Below are positions 47,077 to 55,739 of a stretch of 64,000 nucleotides of DNA, piece after piece; positions within the stretch are counted from its first letter, which is position 1; every line of letters begins with the position of its first letter. Origin of the DNA: Candidatus Azambacteria bacterium (GTDB taxonomy: Bacteria; Patescibacteriota; Minisyncoccia; GWC2-36-17; M10-OD1-4). The DNA lies in the NCBI GenBank assembly GCA_027048495.1, contig JALTWS010000011.1:173-64172 (forward strand). Direction: 5' to 3'. The notes beneath the pieces are model-generated. The model did no database searches and had not been told where the DNA came from. It saw nothing but the letters and a program-made list of their open reading frames with translations. The translations under genes were made by a program, and so were the position numbers.

Positions 47077-48687
47077 ATGAAAAATACCGGAATTAATTTT
47101 AAAGAATATCTCGGAAGCGAGCCAGCTTGGTCTTTGTCTTTCAGGCAAAGTGGCGAGCTGAGAGCTAAACCCCGACGAGCAGCTGGAGCGAGGAGAGGGT
47201 GGTTCTTTAAAATTAATTCCGGTATTTTTTTAATTCTTTTGTTCTTTCCTTTTTTTGCCAGCGCTCAAGTTGTTGTAAACGAAATTGCTTGGATGGGGAC
47301 TGAAAATTCCGCAAACGATGAATGGATAGAGTTAAAAAACACAAGTTCAAGTACGGTTGATCTTTCCGGCTGGATTTTGCAAGCGCAGGATGGCAGTCCG
47401 AAAATTGAGCTATCCGGAAGTGTAGAATCTTTTGGATATTTTTTGCTTGAGAGGCAAGATGATAGTTCTGTACCTGGTATTGCAGCGGACTTGATATATA
47501 CCGGTGCGCTTTCTAACTCTGGCGAAGTTTTAATCTTAAAAGATGCCAACGGCGTTGAAGTTGACAGAGTGGACGGTTCAAACAGCTGGGAGTCTGTAGG
47601 AGGAGATAATACAACAAAAAAAACTGCCCAAAAAACAGAAAACGGATGGGCAACAGCAACATCAACTCCAAAAGCCCAAAATAATTTTGATAAAACCAAA
47701 AGAACGGAACCACAAAAAGAACAAAAACAAGATGTAAAAAATGGAAATGCTTTAAACAACAAGCAAAAAGAAAATTTTTCAGGCAATATTTTAATAAAAG
47801 CAAATGCCGGAGAAAATATAGTTGCTCAAGTTGGACAGAACATATTTTTTGATGCCTCTTTGTCTGAGGGTAATATTTCTGAGTTTGTTTGGAATATGGG
47901 AGACGGTAATACAAAATCTGGCAAAAGCTTTTTGTATTCTTATTCTTTTCCGGGAAGGTATCTGGTTACTCTTTTTGCAAAAGGAGATGGGATTCAGTCA
48001 AAAGATCAGATAGATGTTGTTGTTTATCCTGTTGGCATTTATATTTCTGAGTTTTTCTATCAGGAAGAAAAATCTTGGGTTGAGCTTTACAATAGCTCTG
48101 ATAGCTTTGTTGATTTGTCTTTTTATAAAATAGCAAACGAAAAAAATGTATTTGAGATTCCAGAGGGGACGTTTATCGCTCCTTTGTCTTATTTAGTTTT
48201 TTCCGAAGAAGCGCTTGGCTTTTCTATTTTGAAAAGTGGAACTCTTATGCTTTTGTACCCAAATGGACAGCCAAAAGATAAAGTAGAATATGAATTTGAA
48301 AAAATAGGGTTCTCAGCTTCAAGAAAAAACCAAGATGAGTTTGTTTTGACAAAAAACAAAACTCCAGGATTTGCTAATGTTTCTGTTGGTTCTTTTTTTG
48401 AAAGTGAAGATCCAAACAAAAAAGAAGTGTTAAAAGACAAAGCTGTGCCAAGAAGCCTAGTAAAAGAAGACGAAGCTCATTTTGTAAAAGTTGGCGGACA
48501 AAAGAGCTTTTTGGTTATGCCAGCCTCTGCTAAACTTTTGCCGGAAGTTGCAGATCAAAAACCGATGAAAGTAAATATCCAAGCAAATTTAACATCTTTT
48601 TTTGATGCTTCTTGGTTTTTTTATGTTGTTTTTGCTTTTTTGATTGTGTTTTTTGGAGCATTTTTTCTTGGAAGAAAATTTAAGTAG
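47077..48687 (+). CDS. Secreted lamin-tail-domain (LTD) x2 plus PKD-domain protein with C-terminal TM; first 51 codons (through 47229) fall inside the 150-bp MITE-like element, so the true N-terminus is uncertain
   Basis: VVNEIAWMGTENSANDEWIELKNTS...DLSGW (LTD), PKD-like GQNIFFDASLS...WNMGDGN, second LTD-like YISEFFYQEEKSWVELYNSS, C-terminal hydrophobic anchor. Confidence 0.6.
   Translation: MKNTGINFKEYLGSEPAWSLSFRQSGELRAKPRRAAGARRGWFFKINSGIFLILLFFPFFASAQVVVNEIAWMGTENSANDEWIELKNTSSSTVDLSGWILQAQDGSPKIELSGSVESFGYFLLERQDDSSVPGIAADLIYTGALSNSGEVLILKDANGVEVDRVDGSNSWESVGGDNTTKKTAQKTENGWATATSTPKAQNNFDKTKRTEPQKEQKQDVKNGNALNNKQKENFSGNILIKANAGENIVAQVGQNIFFDASLSEGNISEFVWNMGDGNTKSGKSFLYSYSFPGRYLVTLFAKGDGIQSKDQIDVVVYPVGIYISEFFYQEEKSWVELYNSSDSFVDLSFYKIANEKNVFEIPEGTFIAPLSYLVFSEEALGFSILKSGTLMLLYPNGQPKDKVEYEFEKIGFSASRKNQDEFVLTKNKTPGFANVSVGSFFESEDPNKKEVLKDKAVPRSLVKEDEAHFVKVGGQKSFLVMPASAKLLPEVADQKPMKVNIQANLTSFFDASWFFYVVFAFLIVFFGAFFLGRKFK
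47080..47229. mobile_element. MITE-like element: 27-bp perfect terminal inverted repeats flanking a 96-nt GC-rich core
   Basis: 47080-47106 AAAAATACCGGAATTAATTTTAAAGAA is the exact reverse complement of 47203-47229; the core is about 55% GC in a roughly 32% GC genome. Confidence 0.6.
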
Positions 48688-48693
48688 TTTTTT

Positions 48694-49998
48694 ATGGTTG
48701 ATTTTAAAAAATATAAAAAAATACATATAGTTGGCATAAAAGGAGTAGGGACGGCTGCTCTTTCTGAACTTTTGGCAAGAAATGGATATCAAGTTTTTGG
48801 CTCTGATGTTTCAGAAGATTTTGCTACAACAAAAGATACTCTTTTGCGCCTTAAAATTAATATTTCAAATTTTTCTGATACAGATTTAAAAGGCATTGAT
48901 GCTGTTGTAAGGTCGGTTGCTTACAATGAAAAAAATAATGAAGTTGTAAAAAATGCCAAAAAATTAAATTTGCCTGTTTTTACATATCCTGAGGTTGTGT
49001 CTTATTTTTTTAACAGCTCTTTTGGAGTTGCTGTTGCCGGAAGTCATGGAAAAACCACAACAACAGCAATGTTGGCAAATGCTTTGAAAAAATCACAAAA
49101 AAATGTGAGCGCAATAGTTGGTTCAAAAGTAAACCAATGGAAAAGCGGAGCGCTTGCCGGAGATTTAAAAAAAGATGATGCCTTGTTTGTTTTGGAAGCA
49201 GATGAATACAAAAGGGCATTTTTACGTTACCAGCCCAAAGGAGCGATAATAACCAGCGTGGACTATGACCATCCGGATTGTTACAAAACAAAAAAAGAAT
49301 ACCAAGATGCTTTTTTGGAATTTGCAAGAAAAATTCCAAAAGACGGCTTTTTGATTTTAAATGGAAATTACAGATTTTTAAAAAAAGCAGCTCAAAAGGT
49401 AAAATGCAAAGTTGTTTTTTATGATAAGAACAACTTAATTAATTTTAAATTAAAATTGCCGGGACTTTATAGTCAAGAGAATGCAAACGCAGCTTATCTT
49501 GCATGCTTGGAGCTTGGAATATCTGAAAAAAATGCAAAAAAATACATAGAAGATTTTTCTGGGACTGCAAGGAGATTTGAAATTCTTTTTAAAAAAGATG
49601 GGCTTGTGGTGATAGATGATTATGCTCATCATCCTTCTGAAATAAAAGCGACAATTTTGGGAGCAAAAGGTATGTTTTGCGACAAAAAAGTTGTTGCTAT
49701 TTTTCAGCCACATACTTATTCAAGAACAAAAAAGTTTAAAAAGGAGTTTGCAGATGCTTTGTCTTTGGCAGATGAAGTTGTTTTAACAGATGTTTATTCT
49801 TCTGCAAGGGAAAAAAAAGATCAAAATTTTAATTTAGATAATGTTTTTGAGAATATAAAAAGCAAAAAAATTTTTTTAAAAGAAAAAAAAGATATACCAA
49901 AATATTGCCAAAAATACAAAAAAGAAAATGTTGTTTTGCTTTTTATGGGGGCGGGGGATATAAATTTAACTGCTTATCAGTTTTTAAAAGATATGTAG
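48694..49998 (+). CDS. murC: UDP-N-acetylmuramate--L-alanine ligase
   Basis: IHIVGIKGVGTAALSELL...GSD, AVAGSHGKTTTTAML, Mur ligase middle and C domains. Confidence 0.9.
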   Translation: MVDFKKYKKIHIVGIKGVGTAALSELLARNGYQVFGSDVSEDFATTKDTLLRLKINISNFSDTDLKGIDAVVRSVAYNEKNNEVVKNAKKLNLPVFTYPEVVSYFFNSSFGVAVAGSHGKTTTTAMLANALKKSQKNVSAIVGSKVNQWKSGALAGDLKKDDALFVLEADEYKRAFLRYQPKGAIITSVDYDHPDCYKTKKEYQDAFLEFARKIPKDGFLILNGNYRFLKKAAQKVKCKVVFYDKNNLINFKLKLPGLYSQENANAAYLACLELGISEKNAKKYIEDFSGTARRFEILFKKDGLVVIDDYAHHPSEIKATILGAKGMFCDKKVVAIFQPHTYSRTKKFKKEFADALSLADEVVLTDVYSSAREKKDQNFNLDNVFENIKSKKIFLKEKKDIPKYCQKYKKENVVLLFMGAGDINLTAYQFLKDM

Positions 49999-50045
49999 TT
50001 GTGGATATTTATTTGTTTTTGTCTTTTTATTTGTTAAAATAAAAT

Positions 50046-50107
50046 AGCCAATCGGACTGCACCCATTTAACACATTTTTGTGAATTTGGGATGTCCTCCG
50101 ATTGGCT
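50046..50107 (+). other. Long stem-loop (11-bp perfect stem, 40-nt loop) followed by a T-tract
   Basis: AGCCAATCGGA...TCCGATTGGCT then TTTTGGTTTTTG; preceded by the 17-mer TTGTGGATATTTATTTG that also follows dus. Confidence 0.55.
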
Positions 50108-50134
50108 TTTTGGTTTTTGTGGTATAATGTTTTT

Positions 50135-51823
50135 ATGGGAAGATTTTTTGTTTCAGTAGCAATATTTTTATTTTTTGCATTTCCATACAATGCAGATGCA
50201 GAAGCTTTGGGAAATGTTAAGATATTTTACACAGACCCTTCTTTTTCTGAAGATGGCAAAACTCAAGCAGTCGCAACGCTAAGATATATTTCAGAAAGGG
50301 CGTATTTTTATGTAGATAACAGTTATTTTGACGCTTTGAGGGGGCAAGAAGGGTTTTTCTTTATGAATTTTATAAAAGAGCTTGCCAGAGAATATGACAA
50401 TAACATATATCCTAAGTTAACTGAAAAGTTTGGAAGCATAAGAGAACCGGGGATAGACAATGATCCTAAAATTTATGTTTTACTTTTGCCTCTTAAAGAA
50501 AATGTTGGGGGATACATAAATACTGCAGACGGGTATCCTAAAGAAAGAATTGAAGACGGCAGAACAAACCAAAAAGAAATTGTTTATTTAAATATAAACT
50601 CCAAGCGGGAAAATTTAAAAGCTTTTTTAGCGCATGAGCTTCAGCATCTTATTACTTTTAATCAAAAAGATATAAAAAGAAAAGTTTCTGATGATGTGTG
50701 GTTAAACGAACTAAGAAGCGAGTATGCGCTTGATGTTTTAGGATATAACCTGCCTTATCAGGGGAGTTTTTTGCAGGAAAGAGTCAGAAGATTTTTAAAA
50801 AATCCATGGGATTCTCTGGTTGAGTGGAAAAATGAATCTTATGATTATGCTTCTGTCAGCTTGCTTGGGCAGTATATTGCAGGTTATTTTTCTGATGATA
50901 TTTTTAAAAAAATGCTTCAAAGCGAAAATATAGGAATAAAAAGTATAAATGACGCTTTATCAGGCTATAACTTTTCTGGAACATTTAAAGACTTATTTTT
51001 AAATTGGCAAATTGCAAATTACTTAAATGATGCTTCCTTTTACGGAAAAGAGTATGGGTATCAAAATGAAAACTTAAATTTTAAAATTAATCCAAAAATT
51101 TTTCATAAAATAGAAAAAAAAGAACAGGAATTTTCTTATCTTGTTAAAGATTGGCAGATATCTTTTGTTGACTATGAATTTAACTCTCCTTTTTTGGGTA
51201 TAGAAGTTTTACCAGAAAAAAAAGATAATAAATTTTCTATTGCTTATGTTTTAAATAAATTTGATGGAACAAAAACAATATCAAAATTTAACTTGGAGGG
51301 AGACTCAAAAAACATAGCAATAGATAATTCAAAAAATAATGTAAAAAGCGTGACTTTGTTTATCCTTTCAAGAAAAAAGACAGGAGGATTTTCCGATAAT
51401 GAACCAAAAAGAAAAATTTTAGTTAAAGTCAAACCATCTCAAACAAAAGATATATTTTTTGCATCTGATTCTGTTTTGGTAAATTTTCCTGACGGTTCTT
51501 TGATAAGACCAGCATGGGATTTTAAAGTTTATGTTGTTAAAGGAAAATATATAAGGCATATACCAAATCCAAAAATTTTAAGTTTCTATAAAGGCGATGT
51601 TAAGATTGTTACAAGAGAAGAGTTTGATAACCTAAAAGAAAGCAAGTTGATAAAAAAGGAAGGCGACTTTAAAGTGTATGAAGTGGACAAGTCAGGAACA
51701 CTGCATTGGCTTGATATGACAGCAGAGGAGTTCAGAAACAGCGGAAGATCTTTTGACGCCGTGTTTGAGGTAACAGAAGAAGAGTTTTTGTTTTATAATA
51801 TAGGAAATAAAATAACAAAATAA
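50135..51823 (+). CDS. Secreted HEXXH zinc-metallopeptidase-like protein
   Basis: Signal peptide MGRFFVSVAIFLFFAFPYNADA; LAHELQHLITFN (HEXXH) with downstream NELRSEYA Glu. Extended -10 TGGTATAAT ends 6 nt before the ATG (leaderless candidate); alternative ATG at 50102. Confidence 0.5.
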   Translation: MGRFFVSVAIFLFFAFPYNADAEALGNVKIFYTDPSFSEDGKTQAVATLRYISERAYFYVDNSYFDALRGQEGFFFMNFIKELAREYDNNIYPKLTEKFGSIREPGIDNDPKIYVLLLPLKENVGGYINTADGYPKERIEDGRTNQKEIVYLNINSKRENLKAFLAHELQHLITFNQKDIKRKVSDDVWLNELRSEYALDVLGYNLPYQGSFLQERVRRFLKNPWDSLVEWKNESYDYASVSLLGQYIAGYFSDDIFKKMLQSENIGIKSINDALSGYNFSGTFKDLFLNWQIANYLNDASFYGKEYGYQNENLNFKINPKIFHKIEKKEQEFSYLVKDWQISFVDYEFNSPFLGIEVLPEKKDNKFSIAYVLNKFDGTKTISKFNLEGDSKNIAIDNSKNNVKSVTLFILSRKKTGGFSDNEPKRKILVKVKPSQTKDIFFASDSVLVNFPDGSLIRPAWDFKVYVVKGKYIRHIPNPKILSFYKGDVKIVTREEFDNLKESKLIKKEGDFKVYEVDKSGTLHWLDMTAEEFRNSGRSFDAVFEVTEEEFLFYNIGNKITK

Positions 51824-51824
51824 A

Positions 51825-52781
51825 ATGAGCAAAAATTTAAAATCAAAAATAAAATATGATGTATCTTTGGCAAACTACAATACTTTTAAAATTGGAGGAA
51901 AAGCAAAAGCATTTGTTCAGGTAGATACAAAAGAAGAATTAAAAGACGCAATTTTATTTGCCAAGCAAAACAATATGCCTTATTACATATTGGGAGGGGG
52001 AACTAATATTTTAGTTTCTGATGATGGTTTTTCTGGTATTGTTATAAAAAACAATATTTCAGATATAAAAATAAATGAAAAAGAATGTTATATGATAGCA
52101 GGATCTGGGATTTCTGTTGGCGCTTTGCTTAATCAGGCAAAAAAGCTTGGATTTTCTGGGCTTGAATGGGCTTGCGGGCTTCCGGGAACTTTGGGAGGAG
52201 CAATTTTTGGAAATGCGGGATCATGCGGTGGTTGTATTGCTGATCTGGTTGAGTTTGTTGATGTTTTGGATCCGGAAACTCTTAAGTTCAAATACATTTT
52301 AAAAGATCAATGCGAGTTCAAATACAGAGATAGCGCCTTTAAAAGAAACGGGCTTTTGATAACCTCAGCAATGCTTTCTTTTAAAAAAGATGATCCTGTA
52401 AATATAATGAATAAGATGGCAGAAAACTTTGCTTTCAGAAGAGGGCATCAGCCGCTTTCTGAAAAAACAGAAGGATGTATTTTTAAAAACATTGACCTTA
52501 AAGAAAAAAAAGATTTTCCAAAAATTTGGAATGACATTTTTGAGTTTTCTGTTTTTGTAAAAAAGAAAATGGTTCCAGCAGGTTTTTTAATAGACAGAGC
52601 GGGGCTTAAAGGATTGTCTTGCGGAGGCGCAAAGGTTTCTCAAAGGCATGCAAATTTTATTTTGACAGAAAAAGGAGCAACTGCAAAAGATGTTTTTGAT
52701 TTAATTTTAAAAATCAAATCTAAAGTTAAAGAAAAATTTTCAGTTGAACTTGAAGAAGAAATTCAATTTTTAGGTTTTTAA
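51825..52781 (+). CDS. murB: UDP-N-acetylenolpyruvoylglucosamine reductase
   Basis: FAD-binding YNTFKIGGKAKAF...ILGGGTNILV, C-terminal MurB domain. Confidence 0.9.
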   Translation: MSKNLKSKIKYDVSLANYNTFKIGGKAKAFVQVDTKEELKDAILFAKQNNMPYYILGGGTNILVSDDGFSGIVIKNNISDIKINEKECYMIAGSGISVGALLNQAKKLGFSGLEWACGLPGTLGGAIFGNAGSCGGCIADLVEFVDVLDPETLKFKYILKDQCEFKYRDSAFKRNGLLITSAMLSFKKDDPVNIMNKMAENFAFRRGHQPLSEKTEGCIFKNIDLKEKKDFPKIWNDIFEFSVFVKKKMVPAGFLIDRAGLKGLSCGGAKVSQRHANFILTEKGATAKDVFDLILKIKSKVKEKFSVELEEEIQFLGF

Positions 52782-52965
52782 TTTTATTTTTTAAAAATAA
52801 AATTAAAAAATAAGTTGTCCACAGTTATTTTTATTTTAATTTGTTGTATAATAAAAATGTAACTTAAAAATTTAATTTTTTATTTTTAAAAAAACAAAGG
52901 TCGGTTAAGTAATATTAAAATTTAATTTTTATTTTTTAAAAAATAAAAATTAAATTAATATTAAT

Positions 52966-53127
52966 ATGCCAGCAAAAAAGAAAAAGACTACAAAAAAAAG
53001 AGCTGTTGCTAAAAAGAAAACAACAGCAAAGAAAAAGACTACAAAAAAAAGAGCAGCAACAAAGAAAAAGACTACAAAAAAAAGAGCTGCTGCTAAAAAG
53101 AAAAAGACAACAAGAAGGAAAAGATAG
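52966..53127 (+). CDS. Small lysine-rich basic protein (histone H1-like / KKxTTKKRAA repeats); not in the ORF track
   Basis: MPAKKKKTTKKRAVAKKKTTAKKKTTKKRAATKKKTTKKRAAAKKKKTTRRKR (53 aa) with four KKKTTKKRAA-type repeats, followed 12 nt later by an intrinsic terminator. Confidence 0.5.
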   Translation: MPAKKKKTTKKRAVAKKKTTAKKKTTKKRAATKKKTTKKRAAAKKKKTTRRKR

Positions 53128-53138
53128 TTTTTTGCAAA

Positions 53139-53175
53139 AACCTCTCCTTAAAAAAGGGGAGGTTTTTGTTTTGGT
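53139..53175 (+). terminator. Intrinsic terminator after the small basic-protein gene
   Basis: AACCTCTCC-ttaaaaaa-GGGGAGGTT (9 bp, one G-U) followed by TTTTGTTTTGG. Confidence 0.7.
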
Positions 53176-53210
53176 TGTGTTTTTTTGTTTTTTGAAGTAT
53201 AAATAATCGT

Positions 53211-54170
53211 ATGTTAACAGACGAAGTAACAATAAAAGTGAGCGGAGGAAAAGGAGGGGACGGTAAAGTTCACTTTGATAATACAAAATCAAAAGAGGGT
53301 GTAGACGGAGGATCTGGCGGAAATGGCGGGTCGGTTTTTTTGGTTGGAGTATCAGATTTAGGAGCCTTGGGACAGTTTAGATTTAAAAAAGAATTTAAAG
53401 CAGAAGATGGTAAAAATGGCCAAGTGAAAAAAAAGCATGGAAGGAATGGAAAGGATATATTTTTAAAAGTTCCTATAGGAACGGTTGTTTTAAACAAAAC
53501 AACAAACAAAAAGCAGGAAGTGTTGGAAGTTGGACAGAAGATATTGGTAGCAAAAGGAGGAGTTGGTGGAAGAGGTAATTTTGAGTTCAAGTCAAGCACA
53601 AACACCGCTCCAAAATATGCGGAGAAAGGGAAAGAAGGTGAAAGTTTTGAAATATTTTTAGAGCTTCAGCTAATAGCGCAAGTTGGTTTTGTTGGCTTGC
53701 CAAACGCTGGCAAATCAAGCATGTTAAATGAACTGACAGAAGCAAGCGTAAAGGTTGCAAACTATAGGTTTACAACTTTGGAGCCAAATCTTGGAGTTTT
53801 AGACGGGCTTATTTTGGCAGATATACCCGGTCTTATTGAAGGCGCATCAGAAGGCAAGGGGCTTGGCATAAAATTTTTAAAGCATATAAAAAGAACGAAG
53901 GTTATAATTCACTTTATATCTTCAGAGTCAGAGAATCTAAAAAAAGACTATCAAACGGTAAAACAAGAGCTTAAAAGGTATGACAAGTCGCTGGCAGAAA
54001 AAGAAAAATTTATATTTTTAACCAAACATGATCTTTTTGATAAAAAAGAAATTGAGAAAAAAATAAACATTTTAAAAGAGGTTTCAAAAAATGATGTTTT
54101 GGCGGTGTCAATATATGACCCTGACAGCATAGAGAAAGCAAGAAAAATAATATTAAAATTTAGTGTTTAA
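53211..54170 (+). CDS. obg: GTPase Obg
   Basis: Gly-rich Obg fold (GGKGGDGKVHF..GGSGGNGGSV), G-domain GLPNAGKSS, DIPGLIEGASEGKGLG. Confidence 0.9.
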   Translation: MLTDEVTIKVSGGKGGDGKVHFDNTKSKEGVDGGSGGNGGSVFLVGVSDLGALGQFRFKKEFKAEDGKNGQVKKKHGRNGKDIFLKVPIGTVVLNKTTNKKQEVLEVGQKILVAKGGVGGRGNFEFKSSTNTAPKYAEKGKEGESFEIFLELQLIAQVGFVGLPNAGKSSMLNELTEASVKVANYRFTTLEPNLGVLDGLILADIPGLIEGASEGKGLGIKFLKHIKRTKVIIHFISSESENLKKDYQTVKQELKRYDKSLAEKEKFIFLTKHDLFDKKEIEKKINILKEVSKNDVLAVSIYDPDSIEKARKIILKFSV

Positions 54171-54217
54171 AATTTGGTTTAATTATAAATTATGTATTCT
54201 TACTTTCTTTACAAAAG

Positions 54218-54255
54218 TTACTTAACTTTCTCACGATCGTGAGAAAGTTAAGTAA
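54218..54255. repeat. 38-bp perfect palindrome, copy 2
   Basis: Identical to 46160-46197. Confidence 0.9.
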
Positions 54256-54281
54256 AGTTTATTTGAGTAATTTGCTTAATG

Positions 54282-54318
54282 CTTAGCGGTCGGACTTAGC
54301 GGTCCGACCGCTAAGTCC
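54282..54318. repeat. Palindromic element CTTAGCGGTC-gga-CTTAGCGGTC-c-GACCGCTAAG (two alternative hairpins)
   Basis: X' (GACCGCTAAG) can pair with either upstream X copy; the X-c-X' unit recurs inside the dus CDS at 8223-8243. Confidence 0.8.
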
Positions 54319-54502
54319 ACTAAGTTCAAATTTTTAGGATTATCAACAAAAGAATTATAAAAATATGCTTTTTTGTTAGTTGTTGGAAGTTAGAAATTTT
54401 TTATTTAAAGTTTGTATTTTCTGCTTTTTTTAAATAACTAAATTGACATATAAATGATTTTTGATATCTTATTATAATAGTTTTCTGACAAAGGAGGACA
54501 CA

Positions 54503-55369
54503 ATGCGCAATATATGCGATCCATATGTTAGATCACTTGTTCTTTTGAACCAAAAAAAGTCGTTGGATATTTTTAAAATTCCAGAAGATGAAGATCATCT
54601 GCTTTTGGTTTTTACCGATAGATTTGTTGGAAATAATTTTGTTTGCGAGGATCCTATCTCTGAAAAAGGTTATACTTCTGCTTCTTTGTCATTTTTTTGG
54701 TCCTGTCAAATAAAAGATGTTCCTTATTGCATGGTTGCAAAAGGAAGAAAAATTTACAGATATCTTCCTTCTGGAGAATATCCGGAAGACCTGCATTTTA
54801 GGTCATTTATTGTAAAAAAATTAAGGGTTATTCCTGTAACTTTTAGGTTTCGTTCTGTTTTTGACGAAGAGCTTGAATCTCTTTGGCAAAAAAAAGTAAA
54901 TCCATACGGAGTGCGCCTTGGGCGTAAAAAAAGATTTCAAAAATTCAACAATCTTGTGTTTACTCCAATGCTTTTTGGCAGTCCTGCATCTCAAAGTGAA
55001 GTAAAGAGAACTTATCCAGACATTGTTAGAAAAGCAAAAAACATTTGCCAAAGTGCAAAAAAAATAGCAAATTCAAAGGGAATTGATATTTTTGATATGT
55101 CTTTGTCTTTTGGGACGGACAAAAATGGAAATTTATTTGTGGCAAATGACTTTTTGTCTTTGGATTCCTGCAGGTTTGCTATTTTAACAAAAAACAAAAA
55201 TAACCCTGTTTTTCTTGGAGATGATGTTTTCAGAGCAAAGCTTTTTGAAGATCAAGGCAAAGTATTGCTAAATCAAAAAGAAGTTGAATACAACGATTAT
55301 GATAAATTATTTTTGTTCTTTACAAAAATGTTGGTTTGTTCTTATCAAGAAAAATATTTTTCAAGGTAA
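54503..55369 (+). CDS. SAICAR-synthetase (PurC)-like protein, divergent
   Basis: LLLVFTDRFVGNNFVCEDPISEKGYTSASLSFFW resembles PurC ...TDRISAFD...KG..L...S.FWF; C-terminal GIDIFDMSLSFGTDKNGNLFVANDFLSLDSCRF resembles ...DTKFEFG...DE..TPDSSRFW; strong Shine-Dalgarno AAGGAGG 5 nt before ATG 54503. Confidence 0.5.
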   Translation: MRNICDPYVRSLVLLNQKKSLDIFKIPEDEDHLLLVFTDRFVGNNFVCEDPISEKGYTSASLSFFWSCQIKDVPYCMVAKGRKIYRYLPSGEYPEDLHFRSFIVKKLRVIPVTFRFRSVFDEELESLWQKKVNPYGVRLGRKKRFQKFNNLVFTPMLFGSPASQSEVKRTYPDIVRKAKNICQSAKKIANSKGIDIFDMSLSFGTDKNGNLFVANDFLSLDSCRFAILTKNKNNPVFLGDDVFRAKLFEDQGKVLLNQKEVEYNDYDKLFLFFTKMLVCSYQEKYFSR

Positions 55370-55377
55370 AAGCAAAA

Positions 55378-55406
55378 AGCCGCAGGCAAAAGCCTGCGGC
55401 TTTTTC
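55378..55406 (+). terminator. Strong intrinsic terminator
   Basis: AGCCGCAGGC-aaaa-GCCTGCGGCT followed by TTTTT. Confidence 0.85.
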
Positions 55407-55435
55407 ATTTTTCTTGTTTGTAGTATAATTTTTTT

Positions 55436-55735
55436 ATGAATGATAAAAAAGATTTTTTTTGTAATGTTTGTGGCAGAAAGCTTGTTTTAAAAAAGGAGCT
55501 TTTGTGGTGTGCCCACTGCAGTATTTTTATAGGCAATCCAAAAACATTTAAAAATTTTACTAAAAAAAATATAAAAGAACAACTAGACGATTCTTATGGA
55601 AGGCTTTTGACAGAAAAAAGTCCTTTGTCTTATTTTTGGTATTCTTTTTTTATATTTTTGGCAACTGTAGTTATTTTGATTATCTTTGGCTTTTTGCTTG
55701 GATTTTTTGCGGCAGAAAGTATGTTTAATTTTTAA
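55436..55735 (+). CDS. Zn-ribbon plus TM small protein, hypothetical
   Basis: CNVCGRK...CAHC motifs, C-terminal TM; TAGTATAAT lies 8 nt before the ATG (leaderless candidate). Confidence 0.4.
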   Translation: MNDKKDFFCNVCGRKLVLKKELLWCAHCSIFIGNPKTFKNFTKKNIKEQLDDSYGRLLTEKSPLSYFWYSFFIFLATVVILIIFGFLLGFFAAESMFNF

Positions 55736-55739
55736 ATTT

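Noticed and set aside
47107-47202. GC-rich core of the MITE-like element as SRP (4.5S) RNA or another known housekeeping ncRNA
   Set aside because: No GGAA tetraloop / AGCAGC domain-IV motifs, no tRNA-like or RNase P P4 motifs could be found by eye; kept only as a structured or mobile-element hypothesis
53006-53206. 66-aa + strand Q/R/K-rich ORF (MLKRKQQQRKRLQKKE...)
   Set aside because: Alternative frame of the lysine-rich gene 52966-53127; it reads straight through the terminator hairpin at 53139-53175 and has no start context, so the KKTTKKRAA frame was preferred
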